From: Zootoca vivipara
Lineage: Eukaryota
Length of the DNA stretch: 64,000 bases
NCBI RefSeq assembly: GCF_963506605.1
Contig: NC_083280.1
Location: forward strand, 56,358,001 to 56,422,000
Reading direction: 5' to 3'
The first letter of the stretch is position 1. The number at the start of each line of letters is the position of its first letter. Positions 49,927-61,992 of this stretch are shown here, piece after piece. The notes under the pieces were generated by a model. It saw nothing but the letters and a program-made list of their open reading frames with translations. It did not search any database and was not told where the DNA came from. The position numbers and the translations under genes are program-made.

Positions 49927-50111
49927 CAGTAGTACCTCGGGTTACGAACATGATTCGTTCTGGGTCACAGTTCGTAACCCGATAAGGTCGCAAACCGAGC
50001 GCCATTTCTGTGCATGTGCAAAGCGCGCGCGCCGAAAACACTTCTGGGTTTGCGGAGTTCGTAACCCGAACTGTTCGCAACCCGAGCGGTTCGTAAACCG
50101 AGGTACGACTG
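49927..50111. mobile_element. Tigger-like MITE, young
   Basis: TA-CAGTAGTACCTCGGGTTACGAAC...GTTCGTAAACCGAGGTACGACTG-TA; CpG-rich. Confidence 0.92.
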
Positions 50112-50270
50112 TACTGTTCATTCATTGCTAGGAAAATCTCTTCACGGATGCAGTTATAGAGGGGCACATCCTTCAGCAATCTTACTTTTTAAATAATCCA
50201 GTTTTGCAGTTTGAATATAGAGAGAAATGAAGTGTTAAGATGTTTTGCAGAGGTTGACAAGAGTCTAGGG

Positions 50271-50406
50271 CAGGGTTTCCCAAACTTGAGCCCCCAGCTG
50301 ATGTTCAACTACAACTCCCATAATCCCTAGCTAGCAGGAGCAGTGCTCATGGATGATGGGAATTGTAGTCCAAAAGCTACTGGAGACCCAAGTTTAGGAA
50401 ACCCTG
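50271..50406. mobile_element. 136-bp hAT MITE, older TIR variant
   Basis: TIR CAGGGTTTCCCAAACTTG; TSD GTCTAGGG/GTCTAGAG. Confidence 0.88.
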
Positions 50407-51472
50407 GTCTAGAGCACCGGCTAAAACTGCGGCTCTCTGAAAATGTGATTCAGGATCAGCAATTCTGCTGCCTATTTTCAAGAGCCTACGTTATTTACAT
50501 CTATGCATTGCTTGCATATGTGTAATTACAATAAATGTTACAAAGACACCACAAATCTCCAGTATTTTCCCAAACAGAAGAAACTGAACTCTTCAGCATA
50601 GCCCCTGGATGTCTCACCACTGGGGAAAGTGGGTGGCAGCATGTTAACACTGGTGTGAGATACACTGATTCTTTGAAGAGAACTGCAAGCTGCCAAACGA
50701 TCAAAGATTAAGCAAATACTAGCACTCCTGAAAATAAGACTGTCAAGATAGCAGATTCCAAGACAAACCAAAGCAATTCTGGAGATGCTAAATACCTCCC
50801 ATACATAGAACGGGAACAAGCCTGAAGTCCCACTGTGAGGAGGTGAGAACCTAATTTGATCAACAGTTACAAAGGGTCAAAGCTGACTCATAGGCCCAGC
50901 TGCAAAGCACCCAGTTGGGGGTGGGTGAAGAGGTGGGGGAGCAGCTGGCGAGCTTGGAGTGTGGACTATTGAGGTCAGTTTGCTAAGAATAAACAAACTG
51001 TCTCTGCCCTGGAGCTGGTCAGCATAAATAAGGATGAAAAGCAGGAGGAACACTGGAAAACTGCTGGGAAGAGATTGTGCCAAAGGAAAAGCAGAAAGGA
51101 CACAGGTTAGAAGCCTGCAGGCAAAGTCAAAGAGAAACTCAGTTTAGAGGCTCCGCCTTGTGTTCCCATGGAAGTGGATGGAATACGACTGGCACTTTCC
51201 TTTAACAGCATGGCAAAGCAGCATCTCGAGATTCTACCCCAAAACCCAGAGACAGACCCTATGAAAATGTCCCTATTTTCATGGGAGAAATGTTGGAGGG
51301 TATGGAGTTATCCAACCCCCTGAGCTGTCTGAAGGAAAGGGTTTTTTTTTATAAAAAAGTTTAATGTTTTATTATGTTTTTCTATATGTTGGAAGCTTCC
51401 CAGAGTACTGGTGCAACCCAGTAAGATGTGTGGGGTATAAATAGTAAAATTATCACGATGGAATGGAACAGC

Positions 51473-51584
51473 CAGTGCTTTTTTTCTGGGGGGAGGGCGC
51501 ATACTCCTAAACATTGAGGGGCAGTATTTCAATATGAGTAGGGAAATGAGAGTACCCCTAAATATTTTAAGAAAAAAAGCACTG
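51473..51584. mobile_element. 112-bp hAT MITE (nested)
   Basis: TIR CAGTGCTTTTTTTCT / AGAAAAAAAGCACTG; TSD GGAACAGC/GGGACATC (6/8). Confidence 0.8.
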
Positions 51585-51619
51585 GGGACATCCCTATTTT
51601 CACTGGAGGAATTTTGGAG

Positions 51620-51942
51620 CAGCGTCAGAGGAAGCTGCTCGGGCACCTGGAACGGTGCGCCCAGGGGCAGGGCAAGCCATTCATAGTGACAGGGTACACC
51701 ACAGGGCCTCCAGAATCTGCCTGCCTCCTCCCACTCAGCCGCCCTGGGGAGGAGGCAGCAGGCAGACCATCTGGCCAGCGCAGAGCCTGCGCCCGCCCAA
51801 GCCACCGCATCTCTCCCTGGAGAGATGTGTGGGTTGGACAAGCTGCAGGCCCCGGAGTGAGTGCCACCCGGCATCTTGTCACCCCCCTCAGTGGTGACAC
51901 ATGGGGCATTCCACACCCACCACACCCCTTCCTCTGCCCCTG
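51620..51942. mobile_element. hAT MITE, paralog of 9130-9464 (nested)
   Basis: Colinear with the 9130 copy; TSD TTTTGGAG/TGTTGGAG. Confidence 0.88.
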
Positions 51943-53080
51943 TGTTGGAGGGCATGCAGAGACTGCTGATAGGTAGATAGGGATTAACAAAATGAACCTG
52001 AACCCAGATAAAATGTCGCTGTTGAGGGTCCAAGAAGTCTTTGAAAGATGTGGTTGCTTGTTCTAATCTAAACTGAGTGACACAACCTGCTGAAAAGAAG
52101 GTATCACTTCTGTTGCAATGGAATTCACCTTTAATGACCTGCCATTAATGACCTGTCATTTGGTCTAGTCTAACTTTCTGATTTTTCCTTCTGCTTTATT
52201 TTGAACCACCCTGCTCAACAGTATGAATTAGACAACCATGTTTCCACCTTAATGTGTAATTCTGTCCTATGTACAGCTGCTTTAAGGGCATAGGCTTTGG
52301 CTTGTGCCTCAGTACCTCTTTTTATAGGAAATGAAGCAGCGCCAGAAATGCACAGATAATGTTTATAAGCCATTTTTACACAGATATTATTGAATTAACT
52401 GTTCCATGAAGCAGCATTCTATGACAAACCGTTCTGCATGCTGGATTTCTCAGGTACATTTCCTTCAGTGTGGGCTAAAATAATGATGTCTCTCAGACAC
52501 TGTTACTTGAATGCTAACAGCTCCTGCCCGCCCGCCCCTGCCCCCACCTTGAAATCATTTTTACATTCTTCTCAAAGAAAATGTGAGATGCTCCACTGAA
52601 ATAAAGGCATTTGCCCATTCAGAACCACTCAGTGACATTACCACTCATACGTGCATTCCAAGAGTCTCTTCTTCGGGGCTTTAATGAGGCATTGCCGAAT
52701 ATGCTGTATGTTTACAAAAGGCCTAACAGATAATGACTTTTAAAAATGCAGAAGTGCAGCTGCCAGCACAAACGGCCATAACACCAATTATCTCAGCAGC
52801 GTTTAGTCATTATGTTGATTCAAAGGCAAAACTGATCCAGTGGGTGGTTTTCTTCTCTTGTGTGGGGGACTGGGGGAAATGGGTGAGTTCCTCTCTCCTT
52901 ATTCCCCATATTTCCTATTAGATCTTTTCCCAGCTGGATACACTATTAATTCCTGGGCAAGTTTTCAGAGGAGGTTTTAGACATAAAAACAGACAATAGG
53001 GATATAAAAACAAATATGGTCTCCCTCCAGTATTTACTGGGGTAATGATCACATGCATTCTCCAGTATTAACAAGGCACT

Positions 53081-53320
53081 AGTTACAGGGAACCAGGCAG
53101 AGGGCCTTCTCGGTAGTGGCACCCACCCTGTGGAATGCCCTCCCACCAGAGGTCAAAGAGAACAACAATTACCAGACCTTTAGAAGGCATCTCAAGGCAG
53201 CCCTGTTAGGGAAGCTTTTAATGTTTGATTTCTGTATTTTAATGTTTTGTTGGAAGCCGCCCAGAGTGGCTGGGGGAACCCGGCCAGATGGGCGGGAAAT
53301 TAATAATAATAATAATAATA

Positions 53321-53361
<41 letters not shown>
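53081..53361 (+). mobile_element. L2 3' fragment with (AAT)n(TTA)n tail
   Basis: APTLWNALPPEVKE..FRRHLKAAL. Confidence 0.9.
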
Positions 53362-53362
<1 letters not shown>

Positions 53363-53369
53363 GCTAGGG

Positions 53370-53511
53370 CAGGGTTAGGCAACCTAAGGCCCGTGGGCCG
53401 GATGCGACCCAATTGCCTTCTCAATCCGGCCTGCAGACGGTCTGGGAATCAGTGTGTTTTTACATGAGTAGAATGTACCGGCCCACAGCTGAAAAAGGTT
53501 GCTGACCCCTG
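53370..53511. mobile_element. hAT-Charlie (OC1-like) internally deleted MITE
   Basis: CAGGGTTAGGCAACC / GGTTGCTGACCCCTG; perfect TSD TGCTAGGG. Confidence 0.88.
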
Positions 53512-55286
53512 TGCTAGGGGCATGCTAGCTTCCAATAACACAAACCATATGGGTATCACTCTGTGTGTGAAGTTCTTTCTGCTAAGCAGCTTTCATGCAG
53601 TTCAGTGGGAGGGGGGGGCATTCTGTTCAAACTTCCTAGGAGTCACTTCAAACAAAAGATTTATCATGTGCCTTGGCACACATATCGCCATAGGCATGAA
53701 AATATTAGCAGTCAAATGGAATTTGTGAAGCCCCTAATGACCATAGATATGCAAGTGTTTCCCAGAACTGTGCTTTCTTGAGCACCAAGTAGGAAATCTA
53801 TGCTTTCAAACACCTGTCAATAGCCATGATCCAAAAAATAAACCCTCCAAAAAGTATGATAAAGTGTATGACAGATTATTATGAAAACCTATTTTGGGGT
53901 ATCTCTGATAAATTATTATATAGGGACAGGCTAATCCAGCTTTTGCTTTTTTTCTAAAAACAAACCAAAAACCTGAAAATTGAAATATGTATTTTGGGGA
54001 TTATTTTTTTAAAAACATACACATTAACCTATTTTCTCTCCAATACATTTCTAAATATATTTTATCCTAAAGTATGCATGTTGTAACACATGTTTGGTCT
54101 TTTTTTGAGCCAAAAACCACATCACAAAATTCAAAATAGTGCATAATCTAAAAGGAAATGATATTCCATTCCACATACTACAGCATAATCCTAAAGACGT
54201 CTGCTCATAAGTAAGCCCTATGTAATAAGTGTTAGGGCTGCAGTGTGGCTCAGGTCAGTTCATACTGGAATCTGCAAAAATGGAATCCCTCAGGTATGCT
54301 CATTACTATACAACTAGAAGTATTCTGAAATGAGTTATAGAACTAATTTATTGTGCAGATGTACTTTTGTATTTTTCAATGCATAAAAAGATATTTCATC
54401 ACAAATATATTTTTGTATAGAATAGATTGATTTTGTAATTTAGTTCCAGGACGACTTCTAGCTGTACAGCAATTTATCAGAGAGAGATCCTAAATTAGTG
54501 CCTGTAGTATTTTAATTTATCAAAGAAATGTGTAAACACATACACCATCTATCACTTGTCCGTTTTTCATCAACAAAGTAAAAATGAAAGAAACGTAATT
54601 CCTTCAGTCTGGAATTCCATGTCTCACATATCTCAGAAGTAAATAGGAAACCTCTTGCACCAGGGATAGATCAGCTGATTCATCTGCCGATGGCCACACC
54701 ATCTATTGCTACCTGTCAAACATATGTCACAGCTGGAAGACATTAGATAGATGAAAAGCACAGATATGTTTAGAGTCCTGTGATGGAGAGACATTCATAC
54801 TGAAAGGAAATGGAATAGTGACATGAGTTTAAACTCTTCCCAGGATAGCAAGTAACACTTTCAAAGGAAAAACCAGTGGTGTACATTTACCAGAGATATA
54901 TGTTTGCATTACAAGTTAAATAGCAGCACTTAAAAAAATAAATCTGGCCTAGAGGGTCGTTTCAATGAGAAAAATGCTCTCGCAAGTAGACATTCTATGT
55001 TTTCTAAGGCATGAAATCGGTGCAGTGTTAAGAAAAACTGTGTGCTTGAACTGTGAAAACACTGAGCACTGTTTCAGCAGAGGTTATGGATGTATTTAAT
55101 TCCAAAGTCCCTGGGTGGCAGAGCTGCAATAATGAATGCAGCGGCTGGACAAGTAATATCAATAATTAATGGTCAGTTTGCTAATCTCAAAGCAAATTCT
55201 CATGAAAATGGGCAAAGCACATTTTTATTCATGGTGCAGTAGTTCTCACCCTCGAAAACCTGCAGGATTTCAATAGGATGCTTTCA

Positions 55287-55540
55287 ATGAACCTGCCTTG
55301 TATCAAGGCAGACTATTGGTCCACCTAGCTCCGTACTCCCAGGGATGTGGGACCTGCAGTCCTCCAGATATTGTTGGACTACAGCTCCCATCATCCCTGA
55401 GCATTGGCCATCCTGGCCAGGGCTGATGGGAGTCCAACGAGATCTAGAGGGCCACATGTTCTCCACCTCTATCTCCACTGACTGTCAGAAGCTTTCTAGG
55501 GTTTCAGACAGGGGTTTTCCCCAGCCATACATAGAGGTGA
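55287..55540 (-). mobile_element. Squam3-like SINE interrupted by an old hAT MITE (about 55340-55471)
   Basis: SINE halves flank a CCTCCAGAT..ACTACAGCTCCCATCATCCC core. Confidence 0.65.
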
Positions 55541-56121
55541 TGGAGATGGTGAACATACGATGGAGTCTGATTAACATGGCAAGCTAGTTGACACATACAG
55601 AGCAACCACAACATGGTGACAATATTAAATAGCTTTCGTGTGGTGGCTGTACTATTTGAGGCTTTGAGAAGACCTTCCTTAATTACCTGGGGTTCACTGC
55701 TGTTAGAGAAGGGATCTTGGATTAAATCATTTTCAACCCAATGACCACATTCTATCAAGGGCATTTTGCCAGTGCTGGGCAGGATCAGGAGGCAAAAGTG
55801 GCATGGCCAGAGGTTATAGTGAGTGTGATTCATATTTTTACAATACACTACATTCCAGCTTTGCAGAGGTGTCTACACACAAACACACATCTCTCTCTCC
55901 TTGATTCTGACAAGCAAGAGGCATGATCCCATATCAGTAACAGCTTCTATGTTACTGTAACATATTCTCTGAGTTACAGGCAGGTAGCCATCTCACCCAT
56001 TGATTTTCCTGTGGGACCAATTTGCAATCGTAAACAGTCATAGATTCTTCCTGCAAGACCAAATGCAGTCATAAACAGTCCGGCCCCTCCCCACCCTCTC
56101 ACTATATGTGGGGATCTGGTG

Positions 56122-56215
56122 ACTTCTGTTTCAGTGTATCAGAAGTGTGCATGCACACGAAAGCTCATACCAATGACAAACTTAGTTGGTCTCTAAGGTG
56201 CTATTGGAAGGAATA
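56122..56215 (+). mobile_element. Penelope-like terminal fragment with decayed hammerhead motif
   Basis: GTGTGCATGCACACGAAAGCTCATAC..TTAGTTGGTCTCTAAGGTGC. Confidence 0.7.
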
Positions 56216-56217
56216 TT

Positions 56218-56502
56218 CTCTGAGGTCTAGCTCCAGGGGATTTCTGGCGATTCCCTCACTGAGAAGTGAAGTTACAGGGAACCAGGCAGAGGGTATTTTC
56301 AGTAGTAGCGCCTGCCCTGTGGAATTCCCTCCCATCAAATGTCAAAGAGGTAAACAATTATACAGCCTTCTGTAGACATCTGAAGGCAGCCTTGTATCGG
56401 GATGGTTTTAATGTGTGGTGTTCTGTTGTGTTTCCAGTTTGTTGCAGAGTGACTGGGGCAGACTGGGGCAACTCAGTCAGATAAGTGGGGTACAAAAACC
56501 AA

Positions 56503-56531
<29 letters not shown>
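56218..56531 (+). mobile_element. L2 3' fragment
   Basis: KLQGTRQRVFSVVAPALWNSLP..; (TTA)n tail. Confidence 0.88.
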
Positions 56532-56533
<2 letters not shown>

Positions 56534-56760
56534 TAGCCAGGCAAAAGCAGAGCAGTGTTGGTGAGGGGTGTGGCCTGGGTAAAGGCCTGAGGGCATGATA
56601 GAGAGGCTTAAAGAGTTGCATTTGGCCCCCAGACCTGACATCCCCCACCCTAGCTAAAATAGTAACCTAATGTATTTATTTTAAAACATTAAACATTAAT
56701 GCCAATGTTACTTCAGTTTAGACTATGGACAACTGAGCACTGGTGAATTACACTATAGAA

Positions 56761-57130
56761 CAGGGGTTCACCAAATGTGGCTGCTGACCCCAGGTGGTCC
56801 ACAAGCTTCATTCAAGTAGTCCACTGTGAAGACTAGTGGGAGCAGCACCCTAAATACTCAAATTGATTTAAATTGCATTTTGATTGGTTCTTTTATTTCT
56901 TGACTTGTATTTTATTATTTATTCTTGTATTTTATGTTGCATTCGATGGCATTCAAATTGTAACACAATATAGGAAATGAAAGAAACAAAGAAATAGCAA
57001 TTAAAAGCTCACAGCATCTAGCACGGCACATTACAAATGCCACCACAGGCAGAAAAATCATTAAGTGGTCCACCAAGACTCTCAGCAATTTTCAAGTGGT
57101 CTACGGGGGAAGGAACCTTAGGAATCACTG
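56761..57130. mobile_element. Old hAT-Charlie MITE
   Basis: CAGGGGTTC...GAATCACTG ends, repeated GTGGTCC motifs; TSD CTATAGAA/CTACAGAG (6/8). Confidence 0.7.
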
Positions 57131-57581
57131 CTACAGAGCAAGCTGAAATTGTATATACGAGAGGAATTCGTTTTAATGTGTATGACTTTTTTTAAAAGGG
57201 GGGGTTCATTAAAAACCAACAACACACCTTTTCATTTCTATGGTTACTCAGCTTTTCCTTTCTGGTGTACACCGAGACCAGCTAATAGGCAGGACAAAAA
57301 CAATGCAGTAATCGTGGAAATAATGCAATAAGCGCATGAAACCCTTATTGCAAAGTAGTCACTTTGTGGCTACATTGTCAACAAAGAGTTCACTTAAAAT
57401 ACTTTAGTTCTGGTTTTGCTGGAAGCAGTAACTCAAAGGAGTTGACGGTACAGTGAAACGGAAGGAAATGCAATACTACAATCATTTTAGAAGCTACTAC
57501 AAATTAAAGTCATAGTCAAGAGTTCCAATTTAAAAAGAAATGAATCATACCAGGGAACGGGGAAAGCATAAAAACCTTTGA

Positions 57582-57772
57582 GGAACATAGGAAGTTGCTT
57601 TATACCGCATTGAACCATTGATGCCCTTTGCTCAGTATTTTCTGCACTGACTGGCAATGGTTCTCCAGGTTTTCAGATGGGGACACTGCCACTCTCAGTT
57701 GGAGATGCTGGAGAGACAACCTAGGACATTTTGCATGTAAAGTGCTTTACTACTGAGAGGTGGCCCTTCCCC
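57582..57772 (-). mobile_element. Squam3-like SINE
   Basis: GGAACATAGGAAGTTGC..CTCAGTATT..GCACTGACTGGCA. Confidence 0.65.
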
Positions 57773-57976
57773 TTTTCCCAACCTTCGTGTTGTTGGGCAT
57801 TCAAAGGGAGAGTAAGAGTATTTCTTAGGAGATTGTTCCACAGGCAGGGTGACCTCACCTGTCCTTTGAAAAGCACAATTTCCTGTGCACTCTGCTTGGA
57901 TGAGGGAAGGGTCTCTATAGAAGGTCAAATGACCACACAGAGGTTGGGAGTTGGGTCAGTGGAGTCTGATATTGAC

Positions 57977-58416
57977 CAGGGACGTCGCAATAGGGGGCGG
58001 GGGGCCCGGGCTCCAGTCAGCGGGGGGGCAGCGTGGCTGCGGGGGGGCAGCGTGGCGCCCCCTCACCGCTCCGCCTCTGCCTGAGTAGGAAGAAGACAAA
58101 GTGCATGGCAAGCCAACCCATAGCACGCTTTGTGCTTCTTCCTATTCAGGCAGAGTGGTGAGGGGCATCTCCGCTGAAGCCCCTCGCCGCTCTGCCTGAG
58201 TAGGAAGAAGCACATGTCGCACTATGGAGTGGGTTGCCAGCGGCAGTGCCTCGGATCCGGGCGCTGGAGCACCACCACCCCCGGCAACCCGTTCCGCAGT
58301 GCGACATGTGCGTTGTGACGCGCGGTGCATGCGCACGACGGACGCTCCGCCCCCCCCCCGGCGGGGTGCCTTCTGGTTTGCTGCCCCGGGCAGCCAGAAG
58401 GCTAGCAACGCCGCTG
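57977..58416. mobile_element. GC-rich hAT MITE, 440 bp
   Basis: CAGGGACGTCGC / GCAACGCCGCTG; perfect TSD ATATTGAC. Confidence 0.88.
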
Positions 58417-60280
58417 ATATTGACAATCCTTACTGCATTTGTTTCACCTGATAAGCCATCTGCTAAGGATTATGATGATCTGCCAGTCCTGCACATCAAG
58501 TCACTGGTAACTTTAAAAGTTGGCAACCCTATGTCCACAAGTCCAGGATGGTAACAGAAAAGTCCATGCTTCTACTCCTTATCGATGCCACCTCTTATGG
58601 TGTAGAGCAGGGGTGAGGAACCATTTTTGGCTCTGTAGACTAGATCTGTATGAGGATCAGCCTTGTGGGGCAAATTTGAGAGGTGGGTTGCATGGCATCA
58701 TTGTGACATCACACGATAGGCAGGTAGATTGCTTCACTTACACTTGGGCAAGGTGAAAGGAGTGTTGCCAGCCCTATGCTTTGCAAGCTTCTCCACACTT
58801 CTCCTTTAAGCTCCCAATGTCAGAGGTTTCAAGGCGCAGCACAGGGAGGCTTGCAAAGAGTAGGACTGGGAGGGGAAAGCATTTTCTATTGAATGAAACT
58901 CACTTCCTACTCTTGGAACAAGTGCACTCCTATAGCCCAATAGTTGGGAGCCTGTCTTTCTCCAGCAAATGAACAATTTAGAGACCACTTTAAGCTCCTG
59001 ATTGTTCCTTTGAATCCCCACCCTACCTACCCCACACTTGGCAACATGTATAATATCAGGTGTTGGGCAGGTAGCCATGGCTTCCCCAAAATGGTCTGGT
59101 GGGCTAGGTTTGGCCCATGGGCAGAGGTTCCCCAAACCAGGTGTAGAGATATGTGTAGCAGGTTCTTTTGTACATCTTTCAATAGGCAGGGTGGTCATAT
59201 TGCTGAGCTGAATCACTAAAAAAAAATATTCCAACTAAATGTTAACACTTTATTATTTTGGAAATGGTATGGTTAGAATTTATTTCCACCCTTGCCTTCA
59301 TCCTCTCATTCGACATTTCTGCTGAAACACCATTCTCCCTAAGTGGTTTTCTCATGCAAGCATCATTAGCTGAAATGTTGATAGAGGAGTTTATCCAAAG
59401 TATGGAACTGAACTAATATCCAAACACTGCCTTCTGCTCTTTGCATCCTCTTAAGCTCCCCCCAATCATCACTGGCACATCAGCTGCCGGTAAAATAGAA
59501 TCAGATCAATACCCACAATGGATAATAGCAGCTTGATGGAAATCAAAAGGGTACTAAACTTCCAAAAGGTCTTCATCCATTTATGCAGTCCCCTGCAGAG
59601 ATTGCTAAAGTATTTTCTTCCTAACTGCATTCCACAACCTCTGGCTAGCTTTACTGTGGCATTTTTTAGATAAACTCATAGGCAACAATAGGTAAACTAG
59701 GTAGAAATGAAATATTGTTTATTATTATACCACTTATTGCCAGAATAGGCTTCTAAGCAGTTTACAAATATAAAAACCAATTGTACAAATACTAAAATAT
59801 AAACTTCCATAATTAAGATACACAATTCCAATAAAACATTAAGATATAAACATCTATACCTAAAGTATTCAACAAACAATCCCTTTAAAAAAACAACCCA
59901 CCCACAGTAATTAAAACAGGAGACAGGGGTTGGGTAATCAAGGGAATGTCTGTATAAACAGGTGTGTCTATAATATCTAAACAGTAAACACCACATTTTG
60001 TATGGCAGTATAATTCTCCCCACCTGGCTATGGCACCCAACATGATTTGAGACCTTTTTTCAATACACACAGGTCCTGTAATCAATAATAGTATCAGCTT
60101 TGTCCACAAAGCTACCTGGGTGACATTTTATGAGTGACACTTTTGTCAGACCTATCCTGAGGGAAGGTGTATGGTGCATAGAATGGATGAATGAATGAAT
60201 GGATGGATGGATGAGGGATGCTAGTGCTTGACCAAGCTAAAAACATCCATTATTGCAGCCTGTGAACAAACTATTGGATA

Positions 60281-60691
60281 CAAAGCAACTACTCTATTCT
60301 GAACTTAAAAATGGAAAACATAATGCTGGTGGTCAACAAAAGGGGTTTAAAGACTGTCTCAAGGCAAATCTTTAAAAATGTAGTATAAACACCAACAATT
60401 GGGCAACATTTGCCTGCGAGTGTGCCAATTGGAAAACAGCCTTTACCAAAGGTGTAATGGGCTTTGAAGACATTCAAACGCAGGACGCAAGGGAGAAACG
60501 TGCTAAGAGGAAGGCACGCTTGGCAAATCCACACCGTGATCAACTCCCCCCCCCCCCAGAAACCAATGTTCCCACTGTGGAAGGACGGGTGGATCCAGAA
60601 TTGGCCTCCACAGTCACTTACGGACTCATTGTTAAAACCGTGTTTATGGAAGACAATCTTATTCAGCTACGAGTGATCGCCCAAAAAAGAA
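60281..60691 (+). mobile_element. RTE-clade LINE 3' fragment, same family as 38465
   Basis: KQLLYSELKNGK..GGQQK.FKD; colinear with 38465-38763. Confidence 0.9.
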
Positions 60692-61649
60692 GTGCTTTGA
60701 ATGAATGTATTTAAGAAAAGAAAGAAGGAAGACATCTCATGGCTTCTTATCAACATCCTCTCCCCGCCCACTACAGTCCCTGTGAAAGTCTCCCAATATG
60801 CTTAGTATTAATTTTTTGAAGATTCACCTAACCAGCCCCATCAACAGGGACCCTGCGCAAGGACTTCCACTTGTGCAATGGAGTTTCCCCCCATGCACAG
60901 CTCCACACACACATACCCAAAAAATTGGCTCTATGGATGTCAGAGAACACCCAAAGAGAGGAGGGGGCCTCATTCCACCTGGCAAGCTGAAATGCTTCAG
61001 CAGAGGGAACAATTAAGAGTGTGATGCAGTATTCCACCCTACATATTTAACATAGAGCATACTTTGACTCTAACATGACATTTGCTATCTATGAGCTTTC
61101 AGTTCTCAGGGCAAGGGCATCAAAAAAAACAAAACCCACTGATCTTTGTAGTGATCCTAAGTGCTCTAAAGCTCTCTTCACATCAGTTGCATTAAGGGAG
61201 ACCTATGCTATTAAGATGAAATAGGTCCATGATGCTGGTTCTGACCCTAACATCTAACACTGAGTGTAGATTTCTGAGCAGCGTAGGTCTGTTTCCAACT
61301 CACACTGAGATTTCCATGCCTATAGAAATTTATCTCTATTGGCCTATCCAACTTGTTGCCATCCAAGTTTTTTTAGACTCCATTTCCCATCTTCCCAAAC
61401 TAACATGGCCCATGATCAGGGATTATGGAAGTTGTAGTCCAACCATAACTGCAGGCCGAGAAGGCTGCTCTAGATGGTGTCTGAGTGGGGTGGGGGTGCA
61501 TGTTTTTTGCTACTTATTTTATAGATGCTAGACTTGCCATACATCAGCAAAATTCCTGACATGTCCTGTTTTCCTTGGGTGTAAAAATGGTGTCAACAAT
61601 TTGGGTTTGTTCCCCAAAAAAGCCCAACAATTTTTGGTGGGTTTCTTTA

Positions 61650-61992
61650 ATTATTATTATTATTATTCATTATTTATACCCCGCCCATCTGGCTGGGTTC
61701 CCCCCGCCACTCTGGGCGGCTTCCAACAAATACCAAAATACATTAAAATATCACAGAGGGCCTTTAGGGGTGTTTTCTAAATGTCAGGTAGTTGTTTATG
61801 TCCTTGACCTCCGATGGAAGGGCGTTCCACAGGCCGGGCGCCACTACCGAGAAGGCTCTCTGCCTGGTTCCCTGTAGCTTTGCTCTCACAGTGAGGGAAC
61901 CGCCAGAAGGCCCTCGGCGCTGGATCTCAGTGTCCGGGCTGAACAATGGGGGTGGAGACGCTCCTTCAGGTATATAGGGCCGAGGCCATTTA
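61650..61992 (-). mobile_element. L2 3' fragment
   Basis: RAKLQGTRQRAFSVVAPGLWNALPSEVK on minus strand. Confidence 0.9.

Larger units (their letters stand above)
51254..51956 (-). mobile_element. Second copy of the composite MITE, with two nested hAT MITEs
   Basis: Reverse-complement match to 49357-49610; flanked by CAGAGAC on both sides. Confidence 0.75.

Noticed and set aside
51308-52033. 241-aa minus-strand ORF
   Set aside because: Spans three nested MITEs
2162-55960. Scattered TACAGTA/TACTGTA as footprints of CAG-ended mariners
   Set aside because: Plausible, but these 7-mers lack CpG and are common by chance; they cannot be separated from background by eye
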